A DNA stretch of 64,000 bases from Thermoproteota archaeon (GTDB taxonomy: Archaea > Asgardarchaeota > Njordarchaeia > Njordarchaeales > Panguiarchaeaceae). The stretch lies in contig JANJXX010000002.1 in NCBI GenBank assembly GCA_024720975.1, forward strand, positions 136,046-200,045, in the 5' to 3' direction. Under the pieces are notes generated by a model. The model was not told the DNA's origin. It saw only the letters and a program-made list of their open reading frames with translations, and ran no database searches. The position numbers were made by a program, and so were the translations under genes. Below are positions 10,627-21,570 of this stretch, piece after piece (positions within the stretch are counted from its first letter, which is position 1; each line of letters begins with the position of its first letter).

Positions 10627-10908
10627 CTATACAATACTTTTTATAGCCTCTACGATTCGCTTTCCCCTGTCTGTTATCCTTATTGTCCATGCATTAACTC
10701 TTGGAGTTATCTTCTTTACAGCAATTCTAACAAGACCAACTTCAGCCAGGAGTAAAACTGCCTTTCTCACTGCTTTATACTTTGAAAAGCCCAAGTGAAT
10801 CAATATGTCAGTGAGCTTCATTTCCCCGTATTTGTCTAGGAGGTATAGCACTAATACTGAAAATGGCGAAGAGAGTGCTTGTAGTATAAGCTCTAGACTC
10901 AAATACAA
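10627..10908 (-). CDS. Small winged-helix DNA-binding protein (ArsR/MarR/HxlR-like)
   Basis: wHTH pattern ending in LAEVGLV...ITDRGKRIVE. Confidence 0.75.
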   Translation of the reverse strand: MYLSLELILQALSSPFSVLVLYLLDKYGEMKLTDILIHLGFSKYKAVRKAVLLLAEVGLVRIAVKKITPRVNAWTIRITDRGKRIVEAIKSIV

Positions 10909-11063
10909 CCCCCAATAATCATAGAGTAAAAATAGTTAGAAAGACTTAAAAACGTAGAATACGAAACATGAGGCACTGCATTGACTCTAATAGATCCCAG
11001 AAAAACACAGAACTAAAGTCTCTTAATGTATACAATAAGACGATTTAATAATAGTCTGATACT

Positions 11064-11920
11064 GTGAATTTCACAAAAGGGTGTTTCAACCTATTACATT
11101 TAGCCAACAAAAATCATCAGTAAGCACCCTGTATAACAGACATCAACTTCACAAGTGCCACTTCCTGTGAACAAAACTTGTTAACTTTGCGAATCTATTG
11201 AACCTAGCTAGCATCGTTTCTCCAGTGGAAATGGGGGGTCTTGAAAAAACAGACTAGAATCAGACTTTCAGAGACAATATAATTGCTAGAGGCATATCTG
11301 AAAGGCTCAACAGTTTCTACAAGAACTCAGTGACCCAAGTGAATCCCTGTAGACCCCTGGTCTTCCTATATAGTTAATATCAACATATTTGTGAATCGTG
11401 CTGTTATACGTGAACTATACGCGAAGCATATCCTAGTTTCACATTCTCTAACTTCCAATAGTGAAGTTAACTATCCACCTAACAGCTTAGATTTTAGTTC
11501 CATGATTGAATGCTTCTTCTCTGTAGAAAGTCGTCTTTGGCGGGGCTTTTTGTTATTGGTGTTCGGATGTTATTGGGTGCTTCAATGGAATTTAAGGGGT
11601 CATCACATTCACTTGCGAAGATAGTTAGGTAAATAAGGATTCCTGTAAATTGCCCATGGTGGGAGAATGTCGTTGTATTTGTCCTCAGCTGGTGCCATAT
11701 GTAAGTCAAGTAGCAAAATTGTCTGATTAACTGCCGAAGTATGGCATTAATTGATTTAGGAGACTTTCACTCGAGGATAAATTACTGACTCCTATTTCCC
11801 TAAAGTATTATCTACACTGCTTGCTCATGGTTTTGATTCTGTGAAAGTTAGATAGCTTAGCATATCTATTCGTGTATTCGTTGCGTATAACGTTCGATAT
11901 ACACTTCACTTTAATTTCAC
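11064..11920. repeat. Dispersed array of GTGAA/TTCAC pentamers (14 copies)
   Basis: Copies start at 11064, 11070, 11148, 11167, 11339, 11391, 11410, 11438, 11461, 11608, 11766, 11841, 11905 and 11916, including the palindrome TGTGAAtTTCACA at 11063-11075. Confidence 0.6.
11221..11601. promoter_or_regulatory. ORB-like boxes (candidate replication origin)
   Basis: TCCAGTGGAAATGGGGGGTC (11221-11240, +), TATATAGGAAGACCAGGGGTC (11352-11372, -) and TTCAATGGAATTTAAGGGGTC (11581-11601, +). They resemble the archaeal ORB pattern TCCAnnGGAAAn(3-4)GGGGT and lie within a ~1 kb ORF-poor gap. Confidence 0.6.
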
Positions 11921-11928
11921 TGCATGAT

Positions 11929-11945
11929 GATTACCATTGGTAATC
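11929..11945. promoter_or_regulatory. Perfect inverted repeat GATTACCA-T-TGGTAATC, operator-like
   Basis: 8-bp arms with a 1-nt spacer, 13 nt upstream of the wHTH gene start at 11959. Confidence 0.4.
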
Positions 11946-11958
11946 TTGGTAGGACTAG

Positions 11959-12441
11959 ATGCCGACATTGAATATTAAAGTGAAAGTAGGAGATACTGAG
12001 GTAGAAGTTAAAGCAGATGGTACTTTGGATAAGGAAACTATTCATGCTATTAGGAGCATCTTAGCCCCTCTCGCGTCTAGAATTCCGTCTGCCGCTGCTG
12101 TTAGGGACAATGCTAGTCTGAATAATAACACTGATGACATTGCTGTAAATAGTCAGGATGCATTTGTGAGGAATGTTAACTTGTATGCCAAATTTAAGGA
12201 ACTAATGCTTAACGTGTTCAAGCTTGGACAGTGGTTTACGTCTATTGATGCTAAAGAAGTGTTCCATGATACTTATGGGATCCTTCTGAAGTCGTCAACT
12301 GTGACGACATATCTCCGTCGTATGGAGGATGAAGGGCTACTGACGTCTAAGAGACAAGGACGCCTATTGCAGTTTAGGATTTCAGCAGTTCCTCTCTATG
12401 CAACTCTTGCAGAATCGGAATTTAATGAACTTAAAGCTTAG
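11959..12441 (+). CDS. Winged-helix DNA-binding protein with N-terminal beta-hairpin domain
   Basis: N-terminal LNIKVKVGDTEVEV, low-complexity linker, C-terminal wHTH WFTSIDAKE...SSTVTTYLRRMEDEGLLTSKRQGR. Confidence 0.75.
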   Translation: MPTLNIKVKVGDTEVEVKADGTLDKETIHAIRSILAPLASRIPSAAAVRDNASLNNNTDDIAVNSQDAFVRNVNLYAKFKELMLNVFKLGQWFTSIDAKEVFHDTYGILLKSSTVTTYLRRMEDEGLLTSKRQGRLLQFRISAVPLYATLAESEFNELKA

Positions 12442-12448
12442 GTCTGGT

Positions 12449-14064
<1,616 letters not shown>

Positions 14065-14150
14065 TTATCTTAATTCTCCTTGAATTAACTAGCAGTAGTG
14101 TTAATTCTTGATCAATGATACACTACGTACGCATTGATCGGTGAAAGAAA

Positions 14151-15074
14151 GTGGAGGATGAGGTTAGAGAGCCCGCGGTTGCCGGTTTCTTTTATCCAGG
14201 AAGTGTGACGGAACTTATGAAATGTTTAGAGTGGTGTTTTAAACATGAGTTGGGTCCTCAGAGAACTCCAGGAGAAGTAGAACCATCAGGTAAGTATAGA
14301 ATAAAAAGTGCTATAGTTCCTCACGCAGGATATATATACTCTGGACCTTGTGCTGCTCATGTATATGTTACAATAAAAGAAGATCGTGTGCCAGAGACTA
14401 TAATTATACTAGGACCAAATCACACAGGATATGGTGCGCCAGTTAGTGTATTCCCCAGGGGCATTTGGCGCACGCCACTCGGAGATACGAAGGTGGATGA
14501 CACAATAGCAGAAAAGTTGGCTTCAATGGAACCTTTCAAAGCTGATAAGCTTGCGCATCTTGAAGAACACTCAATAGAGGTTCAAATACCATTCTTGCAA
14601 TATGTGCTTAATAAGGAATTCAAGATTGTTCCAATTGTCTTAATGGACCAAAGGCTTCGCACTGCAAGAGAAGTAGCGGGAGCCATTTATGATTTGATGC
14701 AAGAAGTTGATAAAGACATCATAGTGCTTGCTAGTAGTGATATGAGTCACTATGTATCTCAAAAGTCTGCATATGAGAAGGATTTGAAGGCTCTCGAATA
14801 CGTTATAAATCTAGATATCGAGGGCTTTTACGATGTTGTCGAGCAGGATAATATAACAATCTGTGGTGTTGGGCCCATAGCAGTTGCTGCACTTGTTGCA
14901 AAGTCATTTGGTATTCAAGGTGCGCTCCTTAAATATTACACTAGTGGTGACATTTCTGGGGATAAAACCGCGGTTGTTGGTTATGCGTCGTTAGTGTTTG
15001 GAGAGAATCCACCTAGAACTGAGAGATCAAGAGTCAGAAGAGAAAAAATAAAGGAGGCTCCATTGGTGGCGTGA
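14151..15074 (+). CDS. MEMO1 family protein (AmmeMemoRadiSam protein B)
   Basis: REPAVAGFFYP, PHAGYIYSG, GPNHTG, EHSIEVQIPFLQ, ASSDMSHY, CGVGP. Confidence 0.93.
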   Translation: MEDEVREPAVAGFFYPGSVTELMKCLEWCFKHELGPQRTPGEVEPSGKYRIKSAIVPHAGYIYSGPCAAHVYVTIKEDRVPETIIILGPNHTGYGAPVSVFPRGIWRTPLGDTKVDDTIAEKLASMEPFKADKLAHLEEHSIEVQIPFLQYVLNKEFKIVPIVLMDQRLRTAREVAGAIYDLMQEVDKDIIVLASSDMSHYVSQKSAYEKDLKALEYVINLDIEGFYDVVEQDNITICGVGPIAVAALVAKSFGIQGALLKYYTSGDISGDKTAVVGYASLVFGENPPRTERSRVRREKIKEAPLVA

Positions 15075-15110
15075 TAGCTCTTAATATATGAGATTTTAAG
15101 GAAGCACCAG

Positions 15111-15515
15111 GTGAGCGCAATGGGCTTTGGTTTGGAGCTGGAAATAAGGAATGTTAAACTTAAGGTGCCAACTGAGCAAAAAGGAGGAATTTCAAGATTG
15201 ACATCATCGCCATTTCCATTTGCTGAGATATTAGTATCTGACGACAAACTCAAGGCGCGGCTTCTTGCGAGGTTCTCCAACCTGGAGGGCTCTGTACCCT
15301 CACTAGATTCTATACTCAGAGCGTTGCAATCCGTGGTTGATTTTGCGGTACCAGTGTTCATACGGGTAGGTCAGTTCTATGAGTTAAAAATTGATCTCGA
15401 TAAGAAATTAGTTACCGCGACAGGACTTGCCGATGGAAGAACAAAGACATTTAAACTTGAAGATGTTAGGAGATTTAATCTCGGGGAAATTTGGCGTAGG
15501 ATTTATGAGTTCTAG
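15111..15515 (+). CDS. Hypothetical protein
   Basis: ORF fills the gap; SD-like GGTGA before ATG at 15120. Confidence 0.6.
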   Translation: MSAMGFGLELEIRNVKLKVPTEQKGGISRLTSSPFPFAEILVSDDKLKARLLARFSNLEGSVPSLDSILRALQSVVDFAVPVFIRVGQFYELKIDLDKKLVTATGLADGRTKTFKLEDVRRFNLGEIWRRIYEF

Positions 15516-17320
15516 TCTCGTGTGTAATAGTACTCTCCCCTAGCTTTTTGTTCTATATCCAATCTTGAGCCTATCTTGTTAATTCTTGGCCTATATGTCT
15601 CGGGGTCTCTTCTGAATGTTATTCCTAAGTATTTTAAAAAGGTATTCATGCCCTCGCGAAGGCTTAGTGGTTTCGAAGCTTGGCCTCTAATTCCTGGTTG
15701 TCCGTCGAATACGATTATACGATCGCTGAAGTAATCTAGTAAGAGTATATCGTGTTCAACAACCACGATACAACACTGCTTTCTTTGGGCTAACTCCCTT
15801 ATCGCTTTGGCTACCAGAAATCTATCCTCGGCTGATATATATGCCCCAGGCTCGTCAAGTACGTATATTTCGGCATCTCGTGCCAACGTTGTTGCAATAG
15901 CTACTCTTTGTAGTTCGCCTCCAGATAACTCATCTAGTCTTCGGTCTAGGATGTATTCTAGATCGAAAGGATTGATAACGAAGTTTTTAAACCATGGATC
16001 GCTCATAGCTCTTGGATTGACTGATCTAATCTTTTCGTTAACCGTCATCCAATACTCATCCCCAAGAAACTCCTGGAGATATTGAGGTTTGTACGACATT
16101 ATAATGCCGCCTGGTGGTTCATAATTGCCCTCATCGGGTCTGATAATTCCTACTAGTAACTTCAGGAATGTTGTTTTTCCGATAGCATTAGGACCAGCAA
16201 TACCAATAACTTCCCCCTTGGTTAGTTGTCCGCTCTCAACAATGAGCTCAAAGTCACCTAGTTTTTTCTTCATAGCTGGGTAACTAAGTATAATTTCCTG
16301 TCCGATTTCGGGTCTTTCAAATACAGCCTGATGAAACTTTATGGGTGTATCACGGAAGAGATAGTTCTCAGCGGGATCGTATCCATTTAAGAATACATTT
16401 ATACCTTCTCTAGCACTTTTAGGCTTTGAAACTATTCCAAAAGCTCCGGGAGTACCATAGTACAGGCAGACTTTGTCACTCATGTAGTCAAGCATTGCTA
16501 AGTCATGTTCGGCTACTACAACGGTCTTTTTTTGTTCAGACGATAAGTTATATATTATGTTTGCAATTCGAAGTCTTTCTCGAATATCTAGATATGACGA
16601 TGGCTCGTCAAATAGATATACGTCAGCATTTTTTTCAAGTGCTATTGCAATAGCTAATTTCTGGAGTTCCCCTCCGGCCAGCTCTGTAGTTTTCCTGTTT
16701 AGAACTTTATTGAGGAGTAATTCTTCAACGATGATATCCATAATACCGCGTTCGTCATGTTTTTCCAGTATATTACGCACTGAGTCTTTAACTACGTGTG
16801 GTATTGCGTCAACTTGTTGAGGTTTGTAAACAATTCTAAGTCGCTTATTGGCCAGCGCCTCGAAATAGTTCTGCAATGTAGTACCTCGAAATCTTTCGAG
16901 AATTTCGTCCCAATCTAATGACTGCTCATATTTTCCAAAATTGGGTCTAAGCAGGCCCGCTAGTATCTTCAGAGAGGTGGATTTTCCAGTACCATTTTGT
17001 CCGACTAGTCCTGTAACTTCGCCTTCGCTTATCAAAGGTAATCTATACAACTCAAATTGGTTTGGACCATACCTGAAGATAAGATCTTTTTCTAGAGGGG
17101 CTGGTACGCGAGCGATTTTAATTGCTCGAAAATTACAGGCTCTAACGCACAAACCGCAACCAATGCATAGGCTTTCGTCTATTATAGGAAAGCCATTTTC
17201 GTCCGTGTTAAAGACTTTCTGACCCGAACGCTGTGGTGGACAAATTTTCATACAGTTATATGGGCATCTCTTAGGATTGCACCTGTCATGGTCTATGATT
17301 ACCACTCGCTTTTCTTTCAA
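15512..17320 (-). CDS. rli1: Ribosome recycling ATPase ABCE1/Rli1
   Basis: N-terminal Fe-S cysteines (CNPKRC, CIGCGLCVRAC), two ABC cassettes (GQNGTGKS, GPNAIGKT, LSGGELQ), ITFRRD...RPRINK. Confidence 0.96.
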   Translation of the reverse strand: MKEKRVVIIDHDRCNPKRCPYNCMKICPPQRSGQKVFNTDENGFPIIDESLCIGCGLCVRACNFRAIKIARVPAPLEKDLIFRYGPNQFELYRLPLISEGEVTGLVGQNGTGKSTSLKILAGLLRPNFGKYEQSLDWDEILERFRGTTLQNYFEALANKRLRIVYKPQQVDAIPHVVKDSVRNILEKHDERGIMDIIVEELLLNKVLNRKTTELAGGELQKLAIAIALEKNADVYLFDEPSSYLDIRERLRIANIIYNLSSEQKKTVVVAEHDLAMLDYMSDKVCLYYGTPGAFGIVSKPKSAREGINVFLNGYDPAENYLFRDTPIKFHQAVFERPEIGQEIILSYPAMKKKLGDFELIVESGQLTKGEVIGIAGPNAIGKTTFLKLLVGIIRPDEGNYEPPGGIIMSYKPQYLQEFLGDEYWMTVNEKIRSVNPRAMSDPWFKNFVINPFDLEYILDRRLDELSGGELQRVAIATTLARDAEIYVLDEPGAYISAEDRFLVAKAIRELAQRKQCCIVVVEHDILLLDYFSDRIIVFDGQPGIRGQASKPLSLREGMNTFLKYLGITFRRDPETYRPRINKIGSRLDIEQKARGEYYYTRD

Positions 17321-17346
17321 AATACTCGCACCAGGAATGCGATACT

Positions 17347-18144
17347 ATGATTCTACGCAATATATTGACCTATTGTGGGATTAAAAGATCAGGTGAGTGT
17401 CATTTGCGCACGATCGTAATTCTGGGTCCAGCCGGGTCTGGAAAGTCTGTCTTGGCGGGTGCCATAACTCATATGCTGCAGGATATGGGTATGGATGCAC
17501 TGATACTCAACCTAGACCCAGCGGCAATCACATACCCTTATGATGAACCTGACATTGACATTAGGAAGTATGTAAGAACTGAGCGCGTCATTAGGAAATT
17601 TAATTTGGGGCCAAATGGTGGCTTGATTGCGTCGATAGATATTGCGGCTAAGTTTAGTCGTCGGATAAAGCGAGAGATTATAGAGAATGGACCTGAGTAT
17701 TTGGTGGTGGATACACCTGGCCAACTAGAGATTTTTGTTTTTCGTAATGCTGGAATAATTCTTCTTAGAGAGGCAATCTTAAGTATTCCAGATAATAAGT
17801 CGTTAGCGGTATTTCTGTTCGATCCTTTTCTATGCTCAGATTTAAATTCGATGTTATCTCTGCTTCTACTTGCTGCGAGTGTTTCGTTAAGGATTCAGAT
17901 GCAGATTCTGGGGGCTTTGACAAAGATTGATATTATTCCAGAGGCAGAAACAAAGAGAATCTGGAACTTGCTAAGCGATCCAAGGCAAATACTACTGCAA
18001 ATGCAAGAGAGTAATGTAACCTCACCCATCAGGAAGATAAATCCTTACGCAATAAAGCTAGATGTATGGCCAGTCTCAGGGATTTCAGGGGAGGGATTAA
18101 AAGAATTCTTAACAAAAATAGAGGATCTTCTCGGGGAAGATTAG
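17347..18144 (+). CDS. GPN-loop GTPase
   Basis: GPAGSGKS, NLDPA, LGPNGG, DTPGQLE, TKID. Start probably TTG at 17404. Confidence 0.93.
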   Translation: MILRNILTYCGIKRSGECHLRTIVILGPAGSGKSVLAGAITHMLQDMGMDALILNLDPAAITYPYDEPDIDIRKYVRTERVIRKFNLGPNGGLIASIDIAAKFSRRIKREIIENGPEYLVVDTPGQLEIFVFRNAGIILLREAILSIPDNKSLAVFLFDPFLCSDLNSMLSLLLLAASVSLRIQMQILGALTKIDIIPEAETKRIWNLLSDPRQILLQMQESNVTSPIRKINPYAIKLDVWPVSGISGEGLKEFLTKIEDLLGED

Positions 18145-19679
18145 GGAGTCAAAAACTCCTCCTCAATTGCTTCTTTGGCAATTTCGTATAACTCATTTGC
18201 ATAGTCTAGGCCATGTGTTTCTAGCCAGGTCTTGTACTCCTCAGCTTTCTTGATTGCCCACTCATATAATTCGCGTGAGATTATACCCTGCTCGAGGTAC
18301 TTCTCCAATTTTTTCCTGTCGATTATAGTAATATTGTTCTCGTAGGTTCTTACGACATCAATTTCTAAGTCTATATATCGTATTGAGTGTGGATAGATCT
18401 CTATCGGAGTGTTTATATTGACGTATATTCCTTTAAGCTCAAGATTCATTGAATAGTATGCCGTCAGAAGCTTTGTGTCTCCCTCCCTGGCCACAGTGAT
18501 TCCGAAGTCACCAGACTCTCTTGGTGCGTTAATTCCATCATAGTAGCTACCTGAAGAGAAGCGTCTAAACATTATATATTCGAGGCCGTCATCTGTGTTT
18601 TGAGCTTTAATAATTTTTGCGGGGCCTAGAATAATCCTCTTCATCGTTGGCTTTATGTGATGTATTGATATCACATCTCCTTTCTTTGGTAGTATATTTT
18701 TCCTTATGAAATCGACAGCCAATCTTGAGAGCTCTTCGAAATTAAGACTTTTATAGTTGCATCCGAGCTCCTCTATAAAATCTATTAGCAAGCTGGGTGC
18801 TTTTCCTAGAGTCTTAATCCAGTGGTGTCCTTTGACAGTTGGAGTGACTTCTGATCGGATCTTATCAAGCGTCATTTTCGAATTTTGGGGAAAAATTACT
18901 GTGAGTATGTTTATGCCTTCTCGTATTTGAGTGAAGGCAGGAATTTTCTCTAAACTCTTCTGGAACTCCTCAGCATATTTATGAAGACTTTTGAGCTCGT
19001 CACTTATTGCATCGAGAGACGCTTGCATAGCTGAGGTTCTGAAGATTATTCCCCAGCCGGGCGGCCTTAGAATGTTGCCTATATCGAGAAGTTCGACTTT
19101 TCGGGGGCCTTTAATCTTCCTAGATGCCTTAATTATTTCCTTTTGCAGCAAAACAACAAACTCGCCGGGTATTGAGATAAATTCCGTGAGGAGAATTCTT
19201 TTACTTTTCTGATCGTAGCCCTTTACCTCAACGACAACGAGGTCCCCTTCCTTATATTGTTGTCGGGCTTCCTCGCTTGGTAGGAATCCCTCTTGGTTTA
19301 TTGAGAATCGTACAATATAACCATCTTTAAGTTTCTGTGTTACTACTCCCCTCCAGATGCTATTCTTTGCATAAGGTTCCTGATAGGCAATGACGTCGCT
19401 GAAATTTTTAAATAGGATCTCTTTAAGCGTGGGTGTAAGGCGCTCCAAACTTTCGATTGATGCTCGGGACCCTTTTGCTTGGATATCTATGTGAGGACTC
19501 AGGTATTGTAAGCTGTCAAACTTGAATCTTTCGCAGACCTTAGGACTTGGCTGTGTTATTTCGAAGCCATGTTCCAAAAAAAGTTTAGTTAATGCAGTTG
19601 AGTAGGGACCGCGAATCCTTACCCGGATTTTGCTTGTATCAGTTGGAATGTCAAACAACCACTTTCCCAAGACAAACAC
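18141..19679 (-). CDS. fau-1: Ribonuclease FAU-1 family (S1 + DUF402)
   Basis: VRIRGPYSTALTKL, TPTVKGHH, YVNINTPIEIYP..IRYIDLEIDVV. Confidence 0.88.
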   Translation of the reverse strand: MFVLGKWLFDIPTDTSKIRVRIRGPYSTALTKLFLEHGFEITQPSPKVCERFKFDSLQYLSPHIDIQAKGSRASIESLERLTPTLKEILFKNFSDVIAYQEPYAKNSIWRGVVTQKLKDGYIVRFSINQEGFLPSEEARQQYKEGDLVVVEVKGYDQKSKRILLTEFISIPGEFVVLLQKEIIKASRKIKGPRKVELLDIGNILRPPGWGIIFRTSAMQASLDAISDELKSLHKYAEEFQKSLEKIPAFTQIREGINILTVIFPQNSKMTLDKIRSEVTPTVKGHHWIKTLGKAPSLLIDFIEELGCNYKSLNFEELSRLAVDFIRKNILPKKGDVISIHHIKPTMKRIILGPAKIIKAQNTDDGLEYIMFRRFSSGSYYDGINAPRESGDFGITVAREGDTKLLTAYYSMNLELKGIYVNINTPIEIYPHSIRYIDLEIDVVRTYENNITIIDRKKLEKYLEQGIISRELYEWAIKKAEEYKTWLETHGLDYANELYEIAKEAIEEEFLTP

Positions 19680-19718
19680 CTTGATATTCTTTCTGCGATG
19701 AACTCAGCATTGGACAGT

Positions 19719-20387
19719 TTAGGTGTAGGTCTCGATGTATGAGAGTTTGATATGCTTATTTATTTCGTCTGGACTTAGCCTCTGGAATCCTTCCTCACGG
19801 GATATTATTACAAGGTCTACGCCATCTCCACTAAAAACATCGCGGAGTATAGCTGATCTCAAAGCGGTTAGTACCAGTTTAATTGCATCATCGCGTGTTA
19901 AATCATCTCTGAATCCATCCTCTAGTACTCCAAGGGCTATGGGAGAACCGCTACCAGTGGCAATGAATTTTTCTTCTTGCATGCTGCCGGCGTGGTCTAG
20001 GAAAACTATATGCGGTCCAGTTGCGTCAACGCCTGCAACTATGAAGTGATTTACGAAGGGGATCAGTCTCTTAAAGTAGGAATGCATCACATTGGATAAT
20101 AGGTTAACCAGTTCTAAGACAGTTGGATCTCTTTCAACATTAAGTTTGAAAGTTTGAGCGCGAGTTTGTAACCATCGAACTAGGACCTGAGCATCCGCAA
20201 CAGCGCCTGATATCGTCATTGCTATGTAGTTAGTAATTTTATGAATTTTCACAGCTCTCTTGGAGGCGATTAAATAGCCAGCAGACGCGCGCCGATCAGC
20301 ACCAAGAATTACTCCCTCCTTAAATACCAAACCTACAGTTGTCGTACCGTGGATGAGTTTGTTTTTCATTTCGTTGTCGAATGCCAC
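19719..20387 (-). CDS. psmB: 20S proteasome beta subunit
   Basis: Propeptide followed by HG/TTTVGL, ADRRAS, ATGSGS, RDVFSGDG. Confidence 0.95.
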   Translation of the reverse strand: MAFDNEMKNKLIHGTTTVGLVFKEGVILGADRRASAGYLIASKRAVKIHKITNYIAMTISGAVADAQVLVRWLQTRAQTFKLNVERDPTVLELVNLLSNVMHSYFKRLIPFVNHFIVAGVDATGPHIVFLDHAGSMQEEKFIATGSGSPIALGVLEDGFRDDLTRDDAIKLVLTALRSAILRDVFSGDGVDLVIISREEGFQRLSPDEINKHIKLSYIETYT

Positions 20388-20404
20388 GAATATGCACCTA
20401 TTTT

Positions 20405-21217
20405 TTAACTGTGTTCCTCCTCTTCGGACTCCTCTTTTTCTTCACTTACTGAGATTCTTTCCTTCCATTCTTCGAAGATTTTTTTGGCTTCTTCATAGAG
20501 CTTTGCTATGCTTGGATGGTCTGCTGTTACGATTGTTGCGGGACTGTCCCTCTTAACGTATCCTACCTCAATCTCAATCGGTGGTGATGCTGTACCAAGA
20601 GCTATTAGTATAGCTGCAATGGCGTACTTTACTGCATCATCGAATGTTAATTGCTCAGGAGAGTTCATCTTGAGAATTTCCTCTAAAAATTTCTCTCCCT
20701 TCTTTGCGTTTAGTCCTATAACGCCTGCGCGCCATGACACTGTCGAGCCTCCAGGATCGCTGAAGAGCAAGCGGGGACCAGAAATATCAACGCCTCCCAG
20801 TATTATTGACACGCCTAGTGGCCTAAGGCCGGCGTATAAGGTTGCTTGGTGCATAATAGAGCTTATGTATCTTGCAACAACATAAACATCCGGCTTTTCG
20901 CTGCCATATACAAATCGTAGAGATGCCGCATACTCTCGTGCATTTTCCACTAGGAACATTCCATCTGAACTGTAACCAGCGAATGTTGCAATAATGTTGT
21001 CATCGACCTGGAAAACTTTCCTATTTGGCATAAGTAGAACAGACATTTTCCTTTTTCCTGTGATTATTACACCATCGTTGAATAGTAGACCACAACTGGG
21101 GGTTCCCGCTTCAGCCGCTTTTCGTGCATATAATACTTGCAGGATTCTTCCTCTGGGATCGAAGAGTGTTGCCGATCTATCATAGGCTGTTGCCATTCTT
21201 TCTGGTGGGAAAAACAT
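20405..21217 (-). CDS. psmA: 20S proteasome alpha subunit (divergent)
   Basis: YDRSATLFDPRGRILQVLYA, KVFQVDD, RPLGVS, DPGG; acidic tail. Confidence 0.92.
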   Translation of the reverse strand: MFFPPERMATAYDRSATLFDPRGRILQVLYARKAAEAGTPSCGLLFNDGVIITGKRKMSVLLMPNRKVFQVDDNIIATFAGYSSDGMFLVENAREYAASLRFVYGSEKPDVYVVARYISSIMHQATLYAGLRPLGVSIILGGVDISGPRLLFSDPGGSTVSWRAGVIGLNAKKGEKFLEEILKMNSPEQLTFDDAVKYAIAAILIALGTASPPIEIEVGYVKRDSPATIVTADHPSIAKLYEEAKKIFEEWKERISVSEEKEESEEEEHS

Positions 21218-21570
21218 TTAATACGCACCTCATTTACCAAATATTCATACGCGCAATCTTTTATACTTTATGTTCTCAATCAGTTGAATTGCACTAAATT
21301 GTCTTTCTTGTATTATAGCTGATTTAAACTAGAGGAAATTCTCCATTCTTGGTACAGCATTCAAATATGTGTTTAAGATAACACAATGTTAGAATTTTAC
21401 AGCAATTAACTTGGAGTCTATCTAGCAGTCTCGGCGCATCTAATCTAGTCGAAGTTTTACGGCTGAGTTAAGATACTAGTCATCCTAAAGCAAAATGCTC
21501 ATTGTTAAGTATAATGCCATAATGATCCCCTCAAATTACGTGATAAAAGGATGTCACAAGGAGTACTTTT

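Noticed and set aside
11391-11709. Two short ORFs (77 and 71 aa) in the large intergenic gap
   Set aside because: Mutually overlapping, no protein-like motifs or SD, and they overlap ORB-like and GTGAA elements
10909-11958. Possible CRISPR array or leader
   Set aside because: No 24-40 bp direct repeats with regular spacing; no cas genes in the window
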